The notes under the pieces are model-generated. The model did not search any database. It saw only the letters and a list, made by a program, of their open reading frames with translations, and was not told the DNA's origin. Shown in pieces: positions 18,242 through 26,676 of a stretch of 32,413 bases of DNA. This DNA comes from Acutalibacteraceae bacterium (lineage in GTDB: Bacteria; Bacillota; Clostridia; Oscillospirales; Acutalibacteraceae): contig JBJEQC010000236.1 in NCBI GenBank assembly GCA_051881555.1, positions 1 through 32,413 on the forward strand, in the 5' to 3' direction. The translations under genes and the position numbers were made by a program. Numbering within the stretch: the stretch's first letter is position 1; every line of letters starts with the position of its first letter.

Positions 18242-19243
18242 ATGCGAACAAATCTGATTATCTGCATCATCATCGCTCTTTCAATGATTCTGTGCCCGAT
18301 TGCGGCTCTCGGAGGAGAAAAAAGCGGAGACAATCCGGAAAATTCTGCTGAGCTTTCAACACAAGCCGACGAGACCGCCGAATCGGCTGACAAGCCCGAA
18401 AAATATATTTCGGTTTTGTCGCAGTCATCGGGAAGCGTCTCAAAAATTAAAATGCGTGAATATATTATCGGCTCGGTTGCGGCTGAAATGTCGCCGCTTT
18501 ATCACACCGAAGCCCTGAAAGCTCAGGCGGTAGCAAGCTACACCTACGCCAAGAAAACCAAGGAGCAAAACGAAAAGCACAAGGATTCTTCGCTCGGAGA
18601 CGCAGACATAACCGACAGCCCCGCAATTCATCAGGGTTACATAAGCAAGAGCGACAGGAAGAAAAAATGGGGCGATAATTATGAAGAATACGAAAAAAAG
18701 ATTGAAGCGGCGGTTGATGAAGTTTTTGGCTGCTATGTAACATACAACGGCGAAACCGCTCTGACAGTCTATCATTCAATAAGCGCAGGCGCAACGCAAA
18801 GCGCAGAGACTCTTTGGGGAACGGATATTCCTTATCTTGTCAGCGTTGAAAGCCCCGGCGATAAGCTTTCGCCCGATTATCGGAGCGAAACCGATTTCAG
18901 CGAAACAGAATTCAAAAATCTGATTGAAAAATGCTCGGTAACTCTGACCGGGAACGCCGAGGAATGGGTCGGCGAAGCCAAAAAAGACGAAACGGGCTAT
19001 GTTTCGTCCCAGATGCTCGGTTCAACCTCCGTCAGCGGAGTTACCATAAGAGACGCGCTCGGGCTGAGAAGCCTTTGCTTTGACATTAAGTATTCAGACG
19101 GTAAATTTACGGTTGTCTGCCTCGGCTACGGCCACGGAATCGGCATGAGCCAATACGGAGCGGACTATATGGCAAGGCAGGGCAGCTCATGGCAGGAAAT
19201 CCTGATGCATTATTATCGGGGAGCCGATATTGTTAATGAATAA
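18242..19243 (+). CDS. spoIID: Stage II sporulation protein D (lytic transglycosylase)
   Basis: EYIIGSVAAEM...EALKAQAVASYTY, HQGY, PYLVSVES, GYGHGIGMSQYGA, IL.HYY. Confidence 0.9.
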   Translation: MRTNLIICIIIALSMILCPIAALGGEKSGDNPENSAELSTQADETAESADKPEKYISVLSQSSGSVSKIKMREYIIGSVAAEMSPLYHTEALKAQAVASYTYAKKTKEQNEKHKDSSLGDADITDSPAIHQGYISKSDRKKKWGDNYEEYEKKIEAAVDEVFGCYVTYNGETALTVYHSISAGATQSAETLWGTDIPYLVSVESPGDKLSPDYRSETDFSETEFKNLIEKCSVTLTGNAEEWVGEAKKDETGYVSSQMLGSTSVSGVTIRDALGLRSLCFDIKYSDGKFTVVCLGYGHGIGMSQYGADYMARQGSSWQEILMHYYRGADIVNE

Positions 19244-19308
19244 TTTTAACCGCCTTTCGGGAAAATAAATACAGAAAATTATATTTAAAAAGCGAAAGGA
19301 AAATTAAA

Positions 19309-20151
19309 ATGAAACAGGTCGTTATAACAGCCGACAGTGCGGCGGATTTGCCGAAAGAAACGGCAGAAAAATACGGCATTGAAATCATGCCGATGTATGT
19401 TATTTTCGGCGGTGAAGCAAAGAAAGACAGCGTTGAAATCTCGGCGCATGAAATTTTTGACTATGTTGAAAAAACGGGTGAAATTCCAAAGACCTCCGCC
19501 GTTTCCGTCGGCGAATACATCGACTTTTTCTCTAAATTCACGGAAAAAGGCCTTGCCGTCGTTCACCTATCGTTTTGTTCGTCCTTATCCTCGACCCACC
19601 GCAACGCAAAGCTTGCCGCCTCGGGGCTTGACGGCGTTTATGTTCTCGACACCCTCAGTCTCGGCGGCGGTATTTCTCTGCTCGCTCTCAAGGGCTGTGA
19701 AATGAGCAAAGCGGGGCTGAGCGCAGATGAAATATACTCCGAGCTTCGGTCGCTGATTCCGTCATGCAGAGTGAGTTATCTGCTTGACAGCATTGAATTT
19801 CTGCGCCGTTCGGGCAGATGCTCTGCGGCGGCGTCGTTCGGCGCAAATCTGCTCTCAATCAAGCCCTGTGCGGCAATGATTGACGGCAAAATCGAGGTCA
19901 TCAAAAAATACCGTGGAAAAGGGCAAGCCGTCCGTCTGCAATACACAGCCGAACAGCTTAATAAATTCAAAAATATTGATTTCAGTGCCGCTTTTGTATA
20001 TCACTCGGGCATTGCCGAAACCGAGCTTGACGCCGTTGAAGATATGCTGAAAAAAGCGGGATTCAGGCAGATTATTACAGCTTTTACGGGCTGTATGATA
20101 AGCCTTCACAGTGCAAAAGGCGCTTTGGGGATTCATTTCATTGCCGACTGA
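19309..20151 (+). CDS. DegV family fatty-acid-binding protein
   Basis: ITADSAADLP, PKTSA, SSLSST, L.RSGR, LSIKP, ISLH. Confidence 0.9.
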   Translation: MKQVVITADSAADLPKETAEKYGIEIMPMYVIFGGEAKKDSVEISAHEIFDYVEKTGEIPKTSAVSVGEYIDFFSKFTEKGLAVVHLSFCSSLSSTHRNAKLAASGLDGVYVLDTLSLGGGISLLALKGCEMSKAGLSADEIYSELRSLIPSCRVSYLLDSIEFLRRSGRCSAAASFGANLLSIKPCAAMIDGKIEVIKKYRGKGQAVRLQYTAEQLNKFKNIDFSAAFVYHSGIAETELDAVEDMLKKAGFRQIITAFTGCMISLHSAKGALGIHFIAD

Positions 20152-21061
20152 GGAAGTCAAGCGTTACTCCGCAAAGCTCCTCGGCTCGGTTTTCTATGCA
20201 TTGATGTCCGCCGCCCTCAACGGTATATGTCTCTGATTCGGGGAAAGCGGAATTCATCTGCTTTTTCATTGAAGAATTAAGGATTATATCGTCGCTTGCC
20301 TGACAAATCAGCACCGGGCAGGCGATTTTTTCCGTGTTCTCAAGGTCTGTGGGTCTGACATTATACATCATTTCGCACATTCCCGCTCCGAAGCCGTCAT
20401 ATTGAACGGGAGCGGCAACGCCCGAAACATCGTAGTTCATCGCAAAATTCCAATCCACCGTTGCGGCAAAAATAACCAATTTAACAACAAAATCAAGCCT
20501 TGTTCCATATTTGAAAAATGCGTTCATCATGGCTTTCATCGCTTTTGAAGTAACGATTTTCTCAGCCGCTTCGGGAAATTCGCTCTGCGGCGCAGGGCAA
20601 TAGAGAAGCAAAGCTTTCACGGGTATTTCTTCGGCGATATTGACCGCAACGCCGCCGCCCATTGAATGGCCTGCAATTATCCATTCCTCTGCGGGAGCAA
20701 TGCTTTTCATCAGTTCAATTATGAGCGTTTCTCGGTCAATAACCGTCATATCCTCGGTTTCTCTCGTGCTGTAGCCGAAATCCGGCAGGTCTGCAAGCAC
20801 GCATTCATAGCCGTTTTCCGAAAGGATAGCCGCCATATTGCGCCACGCATATGTTGAGCAGAGAAAGCCGTGGAGCATCATTATTCTGCCCTTTTGCTCG
20901 CCCCGCGCGGGAACGACACGATAATGAATATCATAGTCGCCGTATGTAAAATACTCGCTGTTTTCATAGGGTTTATAATTTGTGTCTGCGGCGCCGGCAA
21001 AACAGGTTAACGATGAAACAAGCAAAACCGCCGCACATAATATGCAGAGTAATTTTTTCAT
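20138..21061 (-). CDS. Secreted alpha/beta hydrolase
   Basis: MLHGF, DLPDFGYS, GHSMGG nucleophile, catalytic GGH. True start MKKLL at 21061 after GGAGGA, followed by a signal peptide. Confidence 0.87.
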   Translation of the reverse strand: MKKLLCILCAAVLLVSSLTCFAGAADTNYKPYENSEYFTYGDYDIHYRVVPARGEQKGRIMMLHGFLCSTYAWRNMAAILSENGYECVLADLPDFGYSTRETEDMTVIDRETLIIELMKSIAPAEEWIIAGHSMGGGVAVNIAEEIPVKALLLYCPAPQSEFPEAAEKIVTSKAMKAMMNAFFKYGTRLDFVVKLVIFAATVDWNFAMNYDVSGVAAPVQYDGFGAGMCEMMYNVRPTDLENTEKIACPVLICQASDDIILNSSMKKQMNSAFPESETYTVEGGGHQCIENRAEELCGVTLDFLSRQ

Positions 21062-21075
21062 ATTATCCTCCGAAA

Positions 21076-21354
21076 TCAGTTCTGAAAAATTGTATATACT
21101 ATCATAAGTATTGTTGCGACGATAGGGAAAACCGATAATATAAGGCATATTATCGGCATAAGCTTCTTTTTTCTTATTACCATATCAAGAATCGCAAATA
21201 ATGCTCCGTAAGGCATAACAAAGAATATACACAGGAGCGCAGGAATAACAAGCATTCCGCCAATCCCCGAAACAAGATATGTAAAAAGAATACACAGAAC
21301 GCTCAGCAAACTGAAAGGTATCTTTTGCAGGATATTTTTTAAACGCTCTTTCAT
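21076..21354 (-). CDS. Small hypothetical membrane protein
   Basis: 92 aa with 3 hydrophobic segments; AAAGGTGA RBS; tightly packed between its neighbours. Confidence 0.7.
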   Translation of the reverse strand: MKERLKNILQKIPFSLLSVLCILFTYLVSGIGGMLVIPALLCIFFVMPYGALFAILDMVIRKKKLMPIICLILSVFPIVATILMIVYTIFQN

Positions 21355-21360
21355 TCAATC

Positions 21361-22164
21361 TCACCTTTCAGCAGGTATTTTTGACTGAAATTTCTTTTTG
21401 CTTTTCCATTTATTTCCCGTGCGACGCTCCGTAGAATTATCGTTCCAAGTGCTCAGATTGGAAAGGCAGAGCTTTAAGAAGCAGTTTTTATAAATATCAA
21501 AGCACTCGGATGTGCCGTTAAACGAATAATTCTCAACAACAGGCTCGCCGCCCGAAAGAAAAATATCACGCATTTCAAAAGCATTAATCAAATCGGCGTT
21601 TTCGTCCGTAAACCAACAGCCGAACGACGGGTCAAAAGCACACCATTTATTAAGCTCGCTTATGTAAACATGAGTAATGAAATGACAGCCGCTTTTAAAT
21701 TCCGATGAAATCATGCATACGGGATAAGCTTTAATACCGACAGCTGTCAGGCAATCCGCAAAAACTATCGCTTTTAACCTGCAGCATATTGCTTTTTTGA
21801 ACGGTTTGCCGAAAGAATATTGCAAAATTTTCAGGCTGTCATCGGAAATATTTTTACTCTGCGCTCCGCTGTAAAAAGTGTTTTCGGTCAGCCAATTCAT
21901 CACATTAACCGCTCTTTCAAAATCGGTCTTTCCTGCGGCAACATCATTCAATTTATATTTTTCGGCAAGCATTTTGTGCATTTCAGTTTCAGCGCACATG
22001 GCTTCAAGGCTTGTTTCGCTAAGCTCTGAGTTGTTCAAACCTCTGTCTTTAGCTTCAAGCGGTTCATCTTTTAATAATTTATCCGCATCTAAACTTTTTA
22101 CGGATTCCAGATAGTTTTCCCAATGCGACAGCTTCACACAGTTTATCAGTTGCTTGATGTTCAT
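21361..22164 (-). CDS. Transglutaminase-like (papain-fold) protein
   Basis: Putative Cys-His-Asp triad: ICCR...GCHFITHVY...WCAFDPSF. Start at ATG 22164 after GGGAGA; the ORF-track extension to 22203 runs into a duplicated RAYT fragment. Confidence 0.75.
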   Translation of the reverse strand: MNIKQLINCVKLSHWENYLESVKSLDADKLLKDEPLEAKDRGLNNSELSETSLEAMCAETEMHKMLAEKYKLNDVAAGKTDFERAVNVMNWLTENTFYSGAQSKNISDDSLKILQYSFGKPFKKAICCRLKAIVFADCLTAVGIKAYPVCMISSEFKSGCHFITHVYISELNKWCAFDPSFGCWFTDENADLINAFEMRDIFLSGGEPVVENYSFNGTSECFDIYKNCFLKLCLSNLSTWNDNSTERRTGNKWKSKKKFQSKIPAER

Positions 22165-22180
22165 GGTGTTTCTCCCGTTA

Positions 22181-22241
22181 TAAAGGCTGTTTGTTTTCTT
22201 CAATATGTATTTCAGCGGATTTTCGTCGATGTATTGCCAGG
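22181..22241. repeat. 61-bp direct duplicate of the RAYT gene 3' end (22738-22798)
   Basis: TAAAGGCTGTTTGTTTTCTTCAAT(a/g)TGTATTTCAGCGGATTTTCGTCGATGTATTGCCAGG; 60/61 identical. Confidence 0.95.
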
Positions 22242-22732
22242 GCGGGGGCTTGCTCCCGCCGTTTATGATATACTCAAAATGTTGATATATATGGCTCTTC
22301 GGTAGGGAACGCCGTCCTCGGCGTTCCGTTGAATTTGATTCATTTTCACGGACAGCCGCAAGGGCTGTCCCTACGATTTGTTTTCAATTTGTAGCGGACG
22401 ATGCCCACATCGTCCAAAATGCAGAGTGTACGAATTTTGCAGGACACGGTAGGGCGGGGGCTTGCTCCCGCCGTTTTGAATTTTCGAAATATAGAAATTA
22501 TTCACCTGCGGCGAATCGGTTCGTCGGGGACGCCGAACCCTACGGATTTTTCGTGAATTTGTGCGTTTTCAGGCGGTCGACCGTAGGGGACGGGTTGCCC
22601 GTCCCGCATAAACCAAGCCGTTGTTTTTATGTTTTCCCGGAACGCTGAGGACAGCGTTCCCTACGAAAAATTGTTATATATCAACAATTCTGCGTAAATT
22701 AACGGCGGGCGACCACGCAGGGTCGCCCCTAC
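22239..22732. repeat. REP mosaic array 2 (9 GTAG-type palindromes) directly downstream of RAYT
   Basis: D+ truncated 22239-22261, A+ 22302-22328, G- 22349-22374, E+ 22391-22415, D+ 22449-22473, C- 22517-22543, B+ 22583-22606, A'- 22638-22664, H- 22706-22732. Confidence 0.93.
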
Positions 22733-22736
22733 AGTA

Positions 22737-23243
22737 TTAAAGGCTGTTTGTTTTCTTCAATGTGTATTTCAGCGGATTTTCGTCGATGTATTGCCAGGCT
22801 TCCTCATAGTCTTGATCACATCGGATAATATGCTCATAATATCCTCTTTGCCAAACATGTTTATCAAATGGCTCAAATCTTCCGGCCTTGACATTGCGGA
22901 TATAATCGTTTGTCGTCATCGTCTTGAACCATCCGATTATTTCCGGTAGGGGCGACCCCGTGTGGTCGCCCGATTCATCGCTGTAAAGTGAAACCAGCAG
23001 ATGGATATGATCCGGCATAACAACATATTTATCTATTTGAAGATTAGAATATTTCTTTTCCAACAAAAGCACCCATTTTTCAATCATTTTATCCGGGTCA
23101 TTCGGGCGACCACACAGGGTCGCCCCTACGGTTTCGCCGAATAATTTTGCACGGTTATGAGTGCAAATTGTTACATAATATATGTTGTTCTGAGAATAGT
23201 CATAATCTTTCAGCCTGATATTCTTTCTTTTCGGCAAATTCAT
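22737..23243 (-). CDS. rayT: REP-associated tyrosine transposase (RAYT/TnpA-REP, HUH Y1 family)
   Basis: RLKDYDYS...YYVTICTHNR..LFG, HUH motif VMPDHIH, WQRGYYEHIIR, catalytic YIDENP. Flanked by GTAG REPs; no tnpB and no IS ends seen. Confidence 0.92.
   Translation of the reverse strand: MNLPKRKNIRLKDYDYSQNNIYYVTICTHNRAKLFGETVGATLCGRPNDPDKMIEKWVLLLEKKYSNLQIDKYVVMPDHIHLLVSLYSDESGDHTGSPLPEIIGWFKTMTTNDYIRNVKAGRFEPFDKHVWQRGYYEHIIRCDQDYEEAWQYIDENPLKYTLKKTNSL
22946..22972 (+). repeat. REP family H inside the RAYT CDS
   Basis: GTAGGGGCGACCCCGTGTGGTCGCCCG; encodes SGDHTGSPL on the - strand. Confidence 0.92.
23103..23129 (-). repeat. REP family H inside the RAYT CDS
   Basis: GTAGGGGCGACCCTGTGTGGTCGCCCG on the - strand; encodes VGATLCGRP. 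Confidence 0.92.
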
Positions 23244-23683
23244 TATGCTCTGCCGGTTGAGCCGAAGCCGCCCTCTCCCCTCTCTGTTTCGTCGAGCGAA
23301 TCCGCTTCAACGGGAGAAATGAGCGAAACGGGCATAATAACAAGCTGTGCAATGCGTTCGTCGGGATTAATTGTATAAGGCTCTTTGAGCTGATTTATTA
23401 CGCCGACGCAGATTTCGCCTCTGTAGTCGCTGTCGATAACGCCGACGCCGTTGAGCAGACCGATGCCGTGCTTTATCGCAAGCCCGCTTCTCGCAAACAC
23501 AAACGCCGCAAGCTCTGCGCTCGGCAGTTCAATGGCGATACCCGTCGGAATAACCGCCTTTTCGCCGCCGCTGAGAGTGATTGGTTCGTCAATGCAGGCA
23601 TAAAGATCCATGCCTGCGCTGCCGGGGGTCGCTCTGAACGGTATCTTTGCATTTTCCTTTAATTTTTTTATCTTAAATTCCAT
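23243..23683 (-). CDS. dut: dUTP diphosphatase (trimeric dUTPase)
   Basis: GSAGMDL, ARSGLA, GVIDSDYRGE, RIAQL, RGEGGFGSTG; start MEFKIKK at 23683. Confidence 0.96.
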   Translation of the reverse strand: MEFKIKKLKENAKIPFRATPGSAGMDLYACIDEPITLSGGEKAVIPTGIAIELPSAELAAFVFARSGLAIKHGIGLLNGVGVIDSDYRGEICVGVINQLKEPYTINPDERIAQLVIMPVSLISPVEADSLDETERGEGGFGSTGRA

Positions 23684-23687
23684 ATTT

Positions 23688-24434
23688 TCAGTGCGTAAAG
23701 CTCTCCTCTTTGTATTTATCTTCGGGGGTAACGGGCTTGTGCATGCAGGGAATCGGTTCAACGGGAGGAGTGAGCGGAGCCGCCCAGCGAACCGCATTTA
23801 TAATTATTCTCTGAACATATTCGTTATGGAAGGTCGGATTGCTTTCGTGACCCGGCTGGAAATAGAAAATCTTGCCGAGGCCTCTCTGCCAACAGCAGCC
23901 CGAGCGGAAAACCTCGCCTCCCGAGAACCAGCCGATAAAAACAAGCTCATCGGGAGCGGGAATATCAAAATTCTCGCCGTACATTTCTTCAACGGGCAGG
24001 CTGAAATGAGCAGGGATTCCCTGAGCGATGGGGTGAGCGGGATTAACGCACCAGAGTCTCTCTCTGTCGCCGTCACGCCAGCGGAGATTGCAGGTCGTGC
24101 CCATAAGCTTTTTGAATATCTTTGAATGATGACCCGAATGAAGAACAATCAGCCCCATGCCCGCAAGCACACGGCTATGTATCTTTTCAACTATCTTGTC
24201 GGGCACTTTTTCATGAGCCATATGACCCCACCAGATGAGAACATCCGTTGAATCAAGGACCTCATCTGAAAGCCCGCATTTACGCTGAGCAAGAGTTGCC
24301 GTGCGAACACGCATATCCTCCTGGGTTGAAAGAAAATTTTTGATGCAGCCGTGAATACCCGCAGGATATACTCCCGCAACCTCGTTGCTTGTTTTTTCGT
24401 GAACGCCTTCGTTCCAAACGGTAACATTTATCAT
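23688..24434 (-). CDS. thuA: ThuA (trehalose utilisation) family protein
   Basis: [45 protein letters not shown]. Confidence 0.88.
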   Translation of the reverse strand: MINVTVWNEGVHEKTSNEVAGVYPAGIHGCIKNFLSTQEDMRVRTATLAQRKCGLSDEVLDSTDVLIWWGHMAHEKVPDKIVEKIHSRVLAGMGLIVLHSGHHSKIFKKLMGTTCNLRWRDGDRERLWCVNPAHPIAQGIPAHFSLPVEEMYGENFDIPAPDELVFIGWFSGGEVFRSGCCWQRGLGKIFYFQPGHESNPTFHNEYVQRIIINAVRWAAPLTPPVEPIPCMHKPVTPEDKYKEESFTH

Positions 24435-24450
24435 AATTTTTCCTCCTTGA

Positions 24451-25512
24451 TTATCTGAGTTTCTTTAGTATTTCCTGCGAAGCCGCAACAATTTTTGCCG
24501 CCGCAGGCTTAACAATCAAATCCATTTCGCCCATAAATTCAACATAGTCTCCGCCGAAACGGTGCTTGAATCGGTAAAGGCCGAAAAGCGGGTTGCTCTC
24601 ATCGATAACGCCCGCAACGCCTCTGAAATCATAAATCCGACAGCCGCTTTCGATTGCCCATTTTATCATTTCCCATTGAAGCAGATAATTCGGCATAACC
24701 TTTCTGTTGGAGTTTGACGATGCGCCGTAGAAATACCACACCTTGTCGCCCCACAGAACGGAAATTGCGCCCGCAATCGGCTCTCCCTCATAATAAGCCA
24801 TATAGAGCCTTGCCCTGTCGCCGAAGCAGTCAAGAATTTTTGCAAAATACTTTGCCGAACGCAGTTCAAAGCCGTCTCTTTCGCAGGTTTCTTTCATCAG
24901 CGAATAAAAGACATCAGCTTTTTCGCTCCCGTGAATTTTAATTTCAACGCCGTTTTTGATTGCAATTCTTATCTTTCGGCGGTGGTCAGAATGAAACGAC
25001 GCAAAAATCTCGTCCTCGCTCCTGCCGTTAATATGAATTCTGATAACACAGCGGCATTGAAAATCCTCAAAATTGACAGTCGCACCTTTCAGCTTAAAGC
25101 CCTCTGCAACCGCCATTGCCCTGTATTCGTCATTATCGGCGGGAACATCTTTATCAATTTTCAGCTCATAGGCGTTATACTTTTTGCCCTCAGCCTTTGC
25201 GGCTTCAATCAGAGCCGAAAAGGTTTCTTTATCGTCAAAATCGCAGACGGGGCCTCTCGGGGCATACATCATGTGATAAGGCAGCTTCGATATTCTGCGG
25301 AGCAGCACCGCAAGAGTGCCCGTGATTTCTCCACAGTCATTTCTGCAAATAACGCCGAACCATTTCCAATCGTCCTTGACCCTGCCCCAGAGAGAGGTCT
25401 GGAGAAAATGGCCGTTCGGATGGGTTTCGCTGAATGCGTCAAGCTCGGCGGCGTTATTTATATCAACTATCTCAGTTTTCAAGCTTATATCCTCGCAGTC
25501 ATATTTAATCAC
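24451..25512 (-). CDS. FemABX/MurM-family peptidoglycan aminoacyltransferase
   Basis: [47 protein letters not shown]. Confidence 0.9.
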   Translation of the reverse strand: MIKYDCEDISLKTEIVDINNAAELDAFSETHPNGHFLQTSLWGRVKDDWKWFGVICRNDCGEITGTLAVLLRRISKLPYHMMYAPRGPVCDFDDKETFSALIEAAKAEGKKYNAYELKIDKDVPADNDEYRAMAVAEGFKLKGATVNFEDFQCRCVIRIHINGRSEDEIFASFHSDHRRKIRIAIKNGVEIKIHGSEKADVFYSLMKETCERDGFELRSAKYFAKILDCFGDRARLYMAYYEGEPIAGAISVLWGDKVWYFYGASSNSNRKVMPNYLLQWEMIKWAIESGCRIYDFRGVAGVIDESNPLFGLYRFKHRFGGDYVEFMGEMDLIVKPAAAKIVAASQEILKKLR

Positions 25513-25517
25513 AATAT

Positions 25518-25546
25518 ATTATACCCTAAGACAGCCCCGATTGCAA
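25518..25546 (-). promoter_or_regulatory. Sigma-A promoter immediately before the femX GTG
   Basis: TTGCAA-17 bp-TATAAT, then only 5 nt to the GTG start. Confidence 0.6.
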
Positions 25547-25554
25547 TAGCTCAA

Positions 25555-25707
25555 TCACATATTATCTTCTATGCTTTGAGCCGCTTTTCTGAGCTGTTCG
25601 ACAGAGGTTATCTCGACCCCTGATTCGATAATTGCGTTTTTGACCGCAAGCGGAAGCTTGTCAAATTCATCTCTGATTTCTTTGTTTTCGCTGAAAAATT
25701 TTGCCAT
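25555..25707 (-). CDS. Small hypothetical protein (50 aa)
   Basis: MAKFFSENKEIRDEFDKLPLAVKNAIIESGVEITSVEQLRKAAQSIEDNM; GAGGTG RBS. Confidence 0.7.
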   Translation of the reverse strand: MAKFFSENKEIRDEFDKLPLAVKNAIIESGVEITSVEQLRKAAQSIEDNM

Positions 25708-25878
25708 GAATCTCACCTCACTTTGAATTATTTTGTGCACAAAAAAGTAAAAAAGCTAAAAATCTTTATATTTACTCTTGCTTTTTTTCGCAATAAAAGC
25801 GATAATATAAAAAAGCTTACGGAAGCCTCATACGCTCACCGATCAAAAAATTCAGCATGTGAAAGGATTGATGTTTTT

Positions 25879-26595
25879 TTGGAAGCAATACTTAATTTTG
25901 ACCTTTCGGTATTTCAGTTTGTTGCAAACCATGTCTGGGCAGACTGGCTCAACCCGATTATGCAGTTTATTACTACGCTTGGCGACGGCTGGTTTTTCCC
26001 TCTCCTTGCAGTGATTCTTCTTATCCCCAAGAAAACACGCAAAGTCGGTCTTGCGATGCTTTTCGGCCTCGGCATAATGCTTGTTATTAACAACTACATT
26101 CTCAAGCCCCTTATCGCTCGCCCCAGACCCTATTTCTTCTTCGATCTGGCAATGATAGATAAGGAAATGATACCGAACGAATATAACGGATTGACCGAAA
26201 TACATAAAAATTATGAAATCCTTGTTGAAAAATGCAAAGAAAATCTTGCCGCATATCCTGAGCTTGCTCAAAAATGGCTTGCGACCTATGAATTCCCGTA
26301 TATTGAGGAAATTCACAGAAGCTTCTCTTTCCCCTCGGGTCACACATCGTCAAGCTTTGCAGCTGCCATGGCGGCAACTCTCGCATCAAAAAAATGGAAA
26401 GTCAGCGTACCCGCATTTATTCTTGCCGCAATTATCGGTTTCTCAAGAATTTATGTTCATGTTCATTTCTGCACGGATGTGCTTGCAGGCGCAGCTGTCG
26501 GCATAATCTACGGCATCATCGGCTATTTCATTGCTAAATATGTCTTGGGGCTTATTGAAAAAGCAATCGCCAAAAAAGCCGCAAAGAAAGCATAA
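25879..26595 (+). CDS. PAP2-family membrane phosphatase (undecaprenyl-PP phosphatase-like)
   Basis: KPLIARPRP, SFPSGH, SRIYVHVHFCTDVLAG. TTG start at 25879 after AAAGGA; candidate promoter TTGCTT-17-GATAAT at 25778-25806. Confidence 0.87.
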   Translation: MEAILNFDLSVFQFVANHVWADWLNPIMQFITTLGDGWFFPLLAVILLIPKKTRKVGLAMLFGLGIMLVINNYILKPLIARPRPYFFFDLAMIDKEMIPNEYNGLTEIHKNYEILVEKCKENLAAYPELAQKWLATYEFPYIEEIHRSFSFPSGHTSSSFAAAMAATLASKKWKVSVPAFILAAIIGFSRIYVHVHFCTDVLAGAAVGIIYGIIGYFIAKYVLGLIEKAIAKKAAKKA

Positions 26596-26615
26596 AAAAG
26601 AATAAGAAATCAGCA

Positions 26616-26656
26616 AATCCGCACACGGTTCAATGCCGTGTGCGGATTGATTTTTA
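26616..26656 (+). terminator. Intrinsic terminator after the PAP2 gene
   Basis: AATCCGCACACGG-loop-CCGTGTGCGGATT followed by a T-rich tract. Confidence 0.8.
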
Positions 26657-26676
26657 TTATTGAATGGCTTTATTTG

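Noticed and set aside
22165-22203. N-terminal MKKTNSL extension of the transglutaminase-like ORF
   Set aside because: It is the duplicated RAYT C-terminus (LKKTNSL). The ATG at 22164 has a proper RBS.
22239-22732. CRISPR array (palindromic repeats with 15-70 bp spacers; likewise arrays 1 and 3)
   Set aside because: Adjacent repeats differ in sequence and orientation, spacers vary in length and recur between arrays, and no cas genes are present. GTAG hairpins next to a RAYT fit REPs.
22737-23243. Autonomous IS200/IS605 element
   Set aside because: No tnpB and no distinct left/right end hairpins. The gene is coupled to dut, and the motifs and GTAG REPs indicate a RAYT.
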